Under the pieces are notes generated by a model. It worked only from the letters and a program-made list of their open reading frames with translations, searched no databases and was not told the origin of the DNA. The translations under genes were made by a program, and so were the position numbers. A stretch of 64,000 bases of DNA from Clostridia bacterium (lineage in GTDB: Bacteria; Bacillota; Clostridia; Oscillospirales; CAG-272), in NCBI GenBank assembly GCA_017536475.1, contig JAFXHH010000010.1:73517-137516 (forward strand), given 5' to 3'. This document shows positions 46,943 to 54,251 of this stretch, piece by piece (positions within the stretch are counted from its first letter, which is position 1; every line of letters begins with the position of its first letter).

Positions 46943-47188
46943 TCATCGCAGATATTCTTTGACATCGACTCCCGCGCTTGCAAGCGCGGAGCGAACGCTA
47001 GCGTAGGCGGCGCAATCAAATTCTACGCCGTATATACAGCCCTTGCTTTTACTTCCTATGCCGACCTTGACCACCTTGGCACGCAAGGCTATTTTGCCGA
47101 GCGCTCTTTGCGCGGTCATTGCCGACGTCATTGAACCCGTCACGGCGGTACATACCGCCTGCGGTCGGTATGATATATCGTTTCTCAT
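46943..47188 (-). CDS. small DUF3343-like protein (81 aa)
   Basis: It is similar in size and pattern to DUF3343 proteins, which are commonly next to sulfur/selenium-transfer genes. This assignment is from memory. GGAG lies before the ATG at 47188. Confidence 0.5.
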   Translation of the reverse strand: MRNDISYRPQAVCTAVTGSMTSAMTAQRALGKIALRAKVVKVGIGSKSKGCIYGVEFDCAAYASVRSALASAGVDVKEYLR

Positions 47189-47358
47189 TTGGGTCTCCTT
47201 GTTTCTGCCGTTTGGTTGTGAGGACACAAATTCCTCCGGAATTTGATTTGAACCGTCCTCGATACCATTATATGCGCGAGGGAGAAATTTGACAGCTTTT
47301 GTCGGAGGGTGCGGGCGATTGTTGCTTGCGTGGAGAAATGATGTAGTGTTGGGGGGAG

Positions 47359-47398
47359 TAAAAAAGCCCAGCGCCGCAACCGCGGCGCTGGGCTTTTT
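47359..47398. terminator. bidirectional terminator
   Basis: gcccagcgccgc-aacc-gcggcgctgggc is flanked by A5 and T6. Confidence 0.85.
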
Positions 47399-47439
47399 TG
47401 AAAATAGACGTTAATTTTAATTATTTGCTCGACACCATT

Positions 47440-48228
47440 TTAAGAATATTTATATTCGTATTTTGAATCTGGTATCAAGTTGTATTCTTCACATGCCTTT
47501 TCGATAACACCAGCAAATTCATCGGGACAGTATAAATAAATCGAATCAGACTGCCATTCTGATTTTATTTCAATAAAGTATGACTCCTCATATTTTACAA
47601 TGCAAGCAATCCAAATAAGATAGTCGTATTGCTCTATCGGAAATTGGAGTCTTAAAATATTGCCGTCACTGTCAACCAGATAACTTGCTTCTTCGCCCCA
47701 CTTATAGTATTCATCTGTAAAGTATCCATCTGCATCTCTAAACTCGAAGTGTTCGGGAGAATCGGCGGTTATAACATTTACAAGTTTCTCTGCAAGTGTA
47801 CTATCAATTTGTGACACTTCTTTTTTCATAATTGTTTGTCCATAAGAAAGCCAATCGTCCTCGGAAAAGTTAACATCGCAACCGCCTAAAAATAATTTTG
47901 CGGAGTCTATGTTAAGCTCTAAAGAATGCTCGAAATCTTTATGCTTCATAATAACGGGCCATTGATCTCCCCCTGGTCTTGTGTCAATTATCCTACAAGC
48001 AACATATTCATTGATAGGAACATCTGGAATTTTATAATAGTATTTGCGGGGAATTATAGAAGTTTTTCTTATTTCTTTGTCATTCTCAAACTCCATCCAA
48101 ACTATATTTTGACTAACTACAGTGTAGTCTGCCGGTTTCATAAAAAACGATGAACACCCGATTAAACATATCGTTACAAACGAAAGAGTCAATACAATAG
48201 CGGATATGCCTGTAATAAATCTTTTCAT
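47440..48228 (-). CDS. lipoprotein of unknown function (262 aa), visibly AT-rich gene
   Basis: It has a signal peptide with the lipobox LIGC and GGAGGG RBS. I recognise no family. Confidence 0.5.
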   Translation of the reverse strand: MKRFITGISAIVLTLSFVTICLIGCSSFFMKPADYTVVSQNIVWMEFENDKEIRKTSIIPRKYYYKIPDVPINEYVACRIIDTRPGGDQWPVIMKHKDFEHSLELNIDSAKLFLGGCDVNFSEDDWLSYGQTIMKKEVSQIDSTLAEKLVNVITADSPEHFEFRDADGYFTDEYYKWGEEASYLVDSDGNILRLQFPIEQYDYLIWIACIVKYEESYFIEIKSEWQSDSIYLYCPDEFAGVIEKACEEYNLIPDSKYEYKYS

Positions 48229-48370
48229 GAGACTATCCCTCCTTGTGCTTTTCTCCTTGTTTTTATTTTACCATAATTGTTCCGATTTGTCAACGATTTT
48301 TAAATTGCTGACTAATACGGATGCAATTTAAGGCCTTTTTTGCAATTTAGTGCCATTTTTTGCAAAGCAC

Positions 48371-48399
48371 TTGATTTTTTTGTTGAGATATAGTATAAT
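48371..48399 (+). promoter_or_regulatory. sigma-A-type promoter for comEB-rimI(-tsaD)
   Basis: TTGATT-17 nt-TATAAT. Confidence 0.6.
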
Positions 48400-48462
48400 T
48401 AAATAAATATACGCTAAATTTGATTCGGCACTGCCGAAAATCAATATAAGTAGGAGATTGTT

Positions 48463-48957
48463 ATGAGCAACGAGAGAGTTTCCAAGCACAATTATTATCT
48501 TGATATCGCGCAGACTGTTGCGGAGAGAGCGACCTGCATGCGCCGCCATTTCGGCGCTATCATCGTCAAGGACGACGTTATCGTTTCGACGGGCTACAAC
48601 GGCGCGCCCAGAGGCAGACAGAACTGCACCGACATCAACTTCTGCATCAGGGACAAGCTTCAGATCCCCCGCGGAGAGCGATACGAGATGTGCCGTTCGG
48701 TTCACGCTGAGGCGAACGCGATCATTGCCGCGCCCAGAGACAGAATGCTCGGTGCGACGCTTTATATGGTTTGTGTAAATCCTGCCGACAGCTCGCTTTA
48801 TTCGGGCACTAACAGCTGTATGATGTGCAAGCGCCAGATAATCAACGCGGGTATCGAGACGGTCATCGTGCGCGACACAAAGGACGAATACAGAATTATT
48901 CCCGTTTCGAGCTGGATCGAGGACGACGATTCGCTCTCGGGCAAGTTTGGATATTGA
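48463..48957 (+). CDS. comEB: deoxycytidylate (dCMP) deaminase
   Basis: The HAEANAI and SCMMCKRQI zinc-binding motifs are present. Confidence 0.85.
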   Translation: MSNERVSKHNYYLDIAQTVAERATCMRRHFGAIIVKDDVIVSTGYNGAPRGRQNCTDINFCIRDKLQIPRGERYEMCRSVHAEANAIIAAPRDRMLGATLYMVCVNPADSSLYSGTNSCMMCKRQIINAGIETVIVRDTKDEYRIIPVSSWIEDDDSLSGKFGY

Positions 48958-48974
48958 TCAAGGATTTCAGAGTT

Positions 48975-49460
48975 ATGGAAGAAAATATTAAGGTTGGCGG
49001 CGAAAAAAAGGCGAGAAAGAGGATCTATCCCGAAAGGCTGACTGCCGATGCGCTTGACGGAGTAGCGGAGCTTGAGAAGCTTTGCTTCAGTCAGCCGTGG
49101 AGCCGCAAAAGTCTTGAATTGCTGACGAATGAAGGCATCGGCGTTGGCATGGTCTGCCGCAAGGACGGTATCGTTTGCGCTTACGGCGGTATGATGTGCG
49201 CGGTCGACGAGGGTCAGATAACAAATATCGCGACTCATCCCGACCATCGCAGGCAGGGCTACGGCAAGGCGGTCGTTGAGGCACTTATAAAGTATGCTAA
49301 AAACAATCATCTTGAGTCGATCTCACTTGAGGTCAGGGAGTCCAACAAGGCGGCGATAGAGCTTTATTCAGCGCTTGGCTTTAAGGTCGAGGGAAAGAGG
49401 AAGGATTTTTACACCAAGCCCACCGAGTCGGCACTCGTTATGGTGCTTAAAGTAAAATAA
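48975..49460 (+). CDS. rimI: ribosomal-protein-alanine N-acetyltransferase (GNAT)
   Basis: It has the GNAT motif A (HRRQGYGKAV) and the classic rimI-tsaD context. I chose the ATG at 48975 rather than the overlapping ORF-track start at 48825. Confidence 0.75.
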   Translation: MEENIKVGGEKKARKRIYPERLTADALDGVAELEKLCFSQPWSRKSLELLTNEGIGVGMVCRKDGIVCAYGGMMCAVDEGQITNIATHPDHRRQGYGKAVVEALIKYAKNNHLESISLEVRESNKAAIELYSALGFKVEGKRKDFYTKPTESALVMVLKVK

Positions 49461-49601
49461 AGCCGAAACGGCGATTTGGCGTGGAAATATACCTCATTCT
49501 TCCGAGCCTTTGAATTTTATTGAAAGTTTTTGGAATCCAAAACCTTTTTCCCAAAAAGGTTTTGGCAGGTGCAGGACAGCGTCCTGCGAAAAAGGAATCA
49601 T

Positions 49602-50609
49602 ATGTACATTTTAGGAATGGAAAGCTCCTGCGACGAGACGTCGGCGGCGGTGGTTGAATACCGCGACGGAGTGTTTGAGATAAAATCGAATATAGTAGCG
49701 TCTCAGATCGAGACGCACCGTTTATACGGCGGTGTAGTGCCCGAGATCGCGAGCAGGGCACACATTGAGGCGGTATCGTCGATCACAACCGAGGCGCTTG
49801 AAGTCGCGGGAATAACACTTGGAGAGCTTGACTGCGTGGCGGTCACGACACATCCCGGGCTTATCGGCGCGCTTTTGGTTGGAGTCAACTTTGCAAAGTC
49901 GCTCGCGTTTGCGAATAATATTCCGCTTGTGTCGGTCAATCACGTGCATGGACACGTGGCGGCGGCTTATTTGACGGACAAGACCTTGAAGCCTAAATTT
50001 TTGTCGCTTGTCGTGTCGGGCGGTCACACGTCGATATACGTTTGCGAGGACCACAGAACGCTTCGCGAGATCGGTACTACCCGTGACGACGCGGCAGGAG
50101 AGGCGTTTGACAAGATAGGTCGCGTGATCGGTATGCCGTATCCCGGCGGCGCGGCACTTGACAAGCTTGCCTACGAGGGTGACTCAAAGGCGATCAAGCT
50201 TCCGTCGCCCGCGCTTATGCACACGCTTGATTTTTCGTTCAGCGGTATCAAGACGGCGGCGCTCAATTACCTCAATTCTGCTTCGCAGAAGGGAGAGCAG
50301 ATCGTTTGCGCTGACGTTGCGGCGTCCTACACCAAGGCGATCGTGGACGCTATAGTTAAGCAGACCTCGGCGGCGTTGGAACAGACGGGGCTTGATACGC
50401 TCGTGCTTGCGGGCGGCGTTGCGGCTAACTCGCATTTGCGTGCGGCGCTTGAAAAAATGTGTCAGGGCAGGGGTGTGAAATTTATCGTGCCTCCGAGATC
50501 GTTGTGCGGAGATAACGGCGCGATGATCGCGGTCGCAGGCTGCTTTGAGTATCTTGGCGGGAATTTCGCTGATACTTCTCTAAATGCTTCGGCTTCGGAC
50601 GAGCTCTGA
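49602..50609 (+). CDS. tsaD: tRNA N6-adenosine threonylcarbamoyltransferase
   Basis: ILGMESSCDETSAAVV and VNHVHGH motifs are present. I chose the ATG at 49602. Confidence 0.92.
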   Translation: MYILGMESSCDETSAAVVEYRDGVFEIKSNIVASQIETHRLYGGVVPEIASRAHIEAVSSITTEALEVAGITLGELDCVAVTTHPGLIGALLVGVNFAKSLAFANNIPLVSVNHVHGHVAAAYLTDKTLKPKFLSLVVSGGHTSIYVCEDHRTLREIGTTRDDAAGEAFDKIGRVIGMPYPGGAALDKLAYEGDSKAIKLPSPALMHTLDFSFSGIKTAALNYLNSASQKGEQIVCADVAASYTKAIVDAIVKQTSAALEQTGLDTLVLAGGVAANSHLRAALEKMCQGRGVKFIVPPRSLCGDNGAMIAVAGCFEYLGGNFADTSLNASASDEL

Positions 50610-50659
50610 CGGCTCGAATAGAGGTTCAGTTTTGCATTTTCGGGTGTTTTCAACATAGG

Positions 50660-50929
50660 TTTTCCACAGATGTTGGAAAGTGCAAAACCCAGATGACTTT
50701 TTTCGACAAATATGTATAAATATTCGTCGGTGAGGTTTTGATTTCCTTTATTTGTCAATGATTTTTGTGGATAAGTTTGTGGAAACTGTGGATTAATCGA
50801 ACGCTTGAACGGTTGTGGAAAACTAAAAAATGTCGATTTTGGGTGTTTTAGCAGGCTAAAATATACCATTTTAATTTGAAATTTTTTGTGAATTGTTTGA
50901 TAACTAATTTGTTATAAGGATGTGGAAAG
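50660..50929. promoter_or_regulatory. cluster of six DnaA-box-like 9-mers
   Basis: One perfect TGTGGATAA is at 50766-74. One-mismatch boxes are TGTGGAAAA at 50814-22 and its reverse complement at 50660-68. Two-mismatch boxes are TGTGGAAAC at 50778-86, TGTGGATTA at 50787-95 and TGTGGAAAG at 50921-29. Confidence 0.6.
50886..50903. promoter_or_regulatory. possible degenerate Rex operator
   Basis: TTGTGAA-TTGT-TTGATAA lies just upstream of rex. The left half matches the TTGTGAA half-site, and the right half has 2 mismatches to TTCACAA. Confidence 0.3.
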
Positions 50930-51670
50930 ATGAACATTTACGACAACGAAAGCATGGGCAAGATGACCGAAAAGCAGAGTATTTCTCCTGCGGTCATTCG
51001 TAGACTGCCGAGATACTATCGCTATCTTTGCGAGCTGATCGCAAAGGGAAAGACTAGAATAAGCTCGGGCGAGCTGGCTCACATGATGAACGTTACCGCT
51101 TCGCAGATCCGTCAGGATCTTAACTGCTTCGGCGGCTTCGGTCAGCACGGTTACGGCTACAACGTGAACTATCTTTTTGCAAAAATAAGCGAGATACTCG
51201 GAGTCAGTGCGGGCTTTAACGCTATTATAATCGGCGCGGGCGACCTTGGCCGTGCGCTTGTTCACCTGTCGATGTTCGAAAAGAGAGGCGTTGATATCAG
51301 CGCGCTCTTTGACACGGGCAACGATGCCGAGGGCAAGGATTGCGCGGGTGTGCCCGTATATCCTATCGCCGAGCTTGAGAGCTTCTGTGCGGAGAACAAG
51401 GTCGATATTGCTGTGCTCGCTTGTCCCAAGCAGTACGTCAAGGAGATCGCGGATAGGTGCGTGAAGCTCGGTCTGAAGGGCCTTTGGAACTATATGGGAG
51501 TTGAGCTTGACTACACCGACGACGATATTATCGTTGAAAACGTGCATCTCGGAGACTCGCTGATGATAATGAATTGCCGCATCTGTCGCAATATGAGCGA
51601 CGATAAGTCGGCATCCGACGGCGACGTTTCTGAGAACGAATGGCAGGACGACAAGGAGAGTGAATTTTAA
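50930..51670 (+). CDS. rex: redox-sensing transcriptional repressor Rex (with a ~35-aa C-terminal extension)
   Basis: It has the RRLPRYYRYL wHTH region, the Rossmann motif IIIGAGDLGRAL, and an extra acidic tail. Confidence 0.9.
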   Translation: MNIYDNESMGKMTEKQSISPAVIRRLPRYYRYLCELIAKGKTRISSGELAHMMNVTASQIRQDLNCFGGFGQHGYGYNVNYLFAKISEILGVSAGFNAIIIGAGDLGRALVHLSMFEKRGVDISALFDTGNDAEGKDCAGVPVYPIAELESFCAENKVDIAVLACPKQYVKEIADRCVKLGLKGLWNYMGVELDYTDDDIIVENVHLGDSLMIMNCRICRNMSDDKSASDGDVSENEWQDDKESEF

Positions 51671-52648
51671 GTGAAATATATAATCAATTACGGTAGCAAG
51701 GTTGCCGTTGTGCCCGAAAAGGCGCTTGAGGTAAGCGCGAGGGCGGGTGCGGTCGAGCTTCGGGTCCTGCTCGGGCTTTGCGCTCTCGGTGGCAGCGTTG
51801 ATATAAAGAAGCTTGCGCGGTCGCTCTCTATCTCCGAGGACGACGTAAGGAGCGCGTTGGCATTCTGGAGAGGCGCGGGTGTTATTGAACTTGGCGACTC
51901 AAAGGAGGCTATTTCGGATGAGCCTGCGGCAGAGGTTGTCGTTGCTTCTCAGAAGCCCGAGGAGAGGACTGTTGAGGCTACAAAGAAGCTTCGTAGAGCC
52001 GACGAGCTGCCTCAGTACACCTCTGATCAGCTTTCCGATATTTTGGAGCAGAGAAAAGAGACTGCGACTCTGATCGACGAGTGCCAGAATATTATGGGGA
52101 AGGTCTTTAACGTCAAGGAGATCAATGTTCTGATGGGACTCGTTGATTATCTTGAGCTTGATTGCGAGTACATAATGATGCTTCTTTCCTACTGTGTTTC
52201 GCTTGGCAAAAAGACGTTGCATTACGCCGAAAAGCTGGCATTTGCGCTTTACGATGCGGGAATTACTACGGGAGAGCAGCTTTCCGAGGAGCTTCGTAGA
52301 CGCGAGCTTGCATCTGACGCGGAGGGCAAGATCAGGGTGCTTTTCGGAGTCGGAGAGAGAGCTTTTACCACGAAGGAAAAGAAGTTTATCTCCTCTTGGA
52401 TAAACGATATGAATTATTCGATAGAGATAATCGAGAAGGCTTACGAGGTCACTGCCGACGCGACGGGCAAGGGATCATTCCCCTACGCGAACACGGTTCT
52501 TGAGCGCTGGAATGCGGCGGGGCTCAGGACTCTTGAGGAAATAGAGGCTTCGTATAAAAAGAATGGCTCGGAGAGTCCCGCAGTCGGCAGCTTTGATACC
52601 GACAGCTTCTTTGAGGCGGCGGTCAGACGCAGTCTCGGTAATAATTGA
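51671..52648 (+). CDS. DnaD-domain replication initiation/restart protein (DnaD/DnaB-Bsu-like)
   Basis: Two DnaD/DnaB_2-like segments are present (IMMLLSYCVSLGKKTLHYAEKLA... and FPYANTVLERWNAAGLRTLEEIE). The GTG start directly follows the rex stop, with AAGGAGAG upstream. Confidence 0.7.
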   Translation: MKYIINYGSKVAVVPEKALEVSARAGAVELRVLLGLCALGGSVDIKKLARSLSISEDDVRSALAFWRGAGVIELGDSKEAISDEPAAEVVVASQKPEERTVEATKKLRRADELPQYTSDQLSDILEQRKETATLIDECQNIMGKVFNVKEINVLMGLVDYLELDCEYIMMLLSYCVSLGKKTLHYAEKLAFALYDAGITTGEQLSEELRRRELASDAEGKIRVLFGVGERAFTTKEKKFISSWINDMNYSIEIIEKAYEVTADATGKGSFPYANTVLERWNAAGLRTLEEIEASYKKNGSESPAVGSFDTDSFFEAAVRRSLGNN

Positions 52649-52666
52649 TCTTTACAGGTGATTTTT

Positions 52667-53632
52667 ATGGGATTTAACAGAGAAAATTATGCTAAAATAA
52701 AGAGCGAATACGACGGTAAGTATCTTCGCGCGGTCGAACAGGCTCAATTCAGGCGCGCAGAGATACACGCAAAGCTCCCCGAGGTCGCGAAAATAGACGG
52801 TGAGCTGTCTGCTGCGGGTATGAGAGTCTTTGAGGCCTCGGTCAGCGGCGATCGTGCTATGGTCGACAGGATCAATGAGGAAAATCGCGATCTTTTGAAG
52901 AAAAGAGCTGATATTCTCGTTGCGGCGGGATTCCCTGCAAACTACACCGAGATAAGATACGAGTGCTCGGAGTGCGGTGACACGGGCACGGTGGGTTACC
53001 GCATGTGCAGATGTATGCGTGACAAGCTTATCAAGGCGGGGCTTGAGTCCTCGGGAATGTACGAGCTTATAAAGACACAGAGCTTTGATAATTTTGAGCT
53101 GAAGTATTACTCGGGCGATGCGCTTCCCAGAATGAAGGCTATTTTTGATATTGCAAAAAAATATGCAGAGGACTTTGAGGCCGAAAAGTCGGGCAGTATT
53201 CTGATGATGGGCGGTACGGGACTTGGAAAGACGCATCTTTCAAGTGCTATGGGCGCTCTTATCATCGAAAAGGGAAACGACGTTTATTATGCCAACGCTG
53301 TCGATATGCTTGCTGATTTTGAAAAGGAAAAGTTCGGCAATCTGCGTTCGGGTGACGCATCGGCGGACACCGAAAAGTATTTTTCTTGCGATCTTCTTAT
53401 AATCGACGACCTTGGAACAGAGCTTGTAAGTCAGTTCAGTACGTCCTGTCTTTACAATCTGATCAATTCCCGTATTATAAGGAAAAAATCAACTATCATC
53501 AATACAAATTTCACCAAAGAGGAAATGAGAAAGAAGTATCAGGATAGGATCACGAGCCGCATTTTCGGGGAATATCTCGTTTTGCCGTTTGCGGGTACTG
53601 ATATTCGCGAAAAGAAGCTTTTTGCGAAATAA
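52667..53632 (+). CDS. DnaI/DnaC-type helicase loader ATPase
   Basis: It has an N-terminal Cys cluster (CSECGDTGTVGYRMCRC), Walker A GGTGLGKTHL and Walker B LLIIDDLGTE. The ATG at 52667 follows AGGTGA. Confidence 0.75.
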   Translation: MGFNRENYAKIKSEYDGKYLRAVEQAQFRRAEIHAKLPEVAKIDGELSAAGMRVFEASVSGDRAMVDRINEENRDLLKKRADILVAAGFPANYTEIRYECSECGDTGTVGYRMCRCMRDKLIKAGLESSGMYELIKTQSFDNFELKYYSGDALPRMKAIFDIAKKYAEDFEAEKSGSILMMGGTGLGKTHLSSAMGALIIEKGNDVYYANAVDMLADFEKEKFGNLRSGDASADTEKYFSCDLLIIDDLGTELVSQFSTSCLYNLINSRIIRKKSTIINTNFTKEEMRKKYQDRITSRIFGEYLVLPFAGTDIREKKLFAK

Positions 53633-53635
53633 CAT

Positions 53636-53675
53636 TAAAAAAGCAACGAAAAATCAAAATTTTCGTTGCTTTTTT
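53636..53675 (+). terminator. rho-independent terminator
   Basis: agcaacgaaa-(9 nt)-tttcgttgct is followed by T5. Confidence 0.8.
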
Positions 53676-53744
53676 GCATATTTTAAAAAAATCGTCGCAT
53701 ACTACTCTTGAATTCACTTAGAATTGTGAAAGGATTTTGTAGAT

Positions 53745-54191
53745 ATGCAAGAATTAAAAACCAAAGAAGCGGAAATGCTCGAACAGTTATATAAAAACGT
53801 TAAGATGGGCTCGGATTCTATCGTGAAACTGCTCCCGAAGGTCAGCGACGGCAAGTTCAAGACCGATATTACCGATCAGCTCAACGGTTATGAATCGTTG
53901 GCATCGAAAATAAAGGCACACCTTAAGAATATGGGTGTTGAAGCCAAGGAAGAAAACGCTATGGTAAAGCTCTGGAGCAATATCGGAATATCCGTCAACG
54001 CGATGATGGACTCCACCGACAGTCATCTGGCACAGATGATCTCCGAGGGCTCGAATATGGGTATCACTGACTCGATCAAGCTGCTTCGTGAATATGAGAA
54101 CACTAACGTATCCGAGGCCGCTTTGAAGCTTGTTCGCGAGGTCATTGAGTTTGAGGAGAACAATCTCGAGCGCGCAAAAAATTATCTTTGA
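53745..54191 (+). CDS. all-helical 148-aa protein of unknown function (four-helix-bundle-like)
   Basis: It is a clean ORF between two terminators. I cannot assign a family securely. Confidence 0.45.
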   Translation: MQELKTKEAEMLEQLYKNVKMGSDSIVKLLPKVSDGKFKTDITDQLNGYESLASKIKAHLKNMGVEAKEENAMVKLWSNIGISVNAMMDSTDSHLAQMISEGSNMGITDSIKLLREYENTNVSEAALKLVREVIEFEENNLERAKNYL

Positions 54192-54199
54192 CATCAAAT

Positions 54200-54241
54200 A
54201 AAAAAGTGGGCATCCTGCGGTTGCAGAATGCCCGTTTTTTG
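54200..54241. terminator. bidirectional terminator
   Basis: gggcat...atgccc forms the stem, flanked by A6 and T7. Confidence 0.8.
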
Positions 54242-54251
54242 TTGTTTGAAA

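Noticed and set aside
50660-50929. The DnaA-box cluster could be the chromosomal replication origin (oriC).
   Set aside because: No dnaA, dnaN or rpmH is in the window. Only one box is perfect, and the neighbourhood (rimI-tsaD / rex) matches a secondary DnaA-box cluster better. This cannot be fully excluded without GC-skew analysis and the dnaA position.
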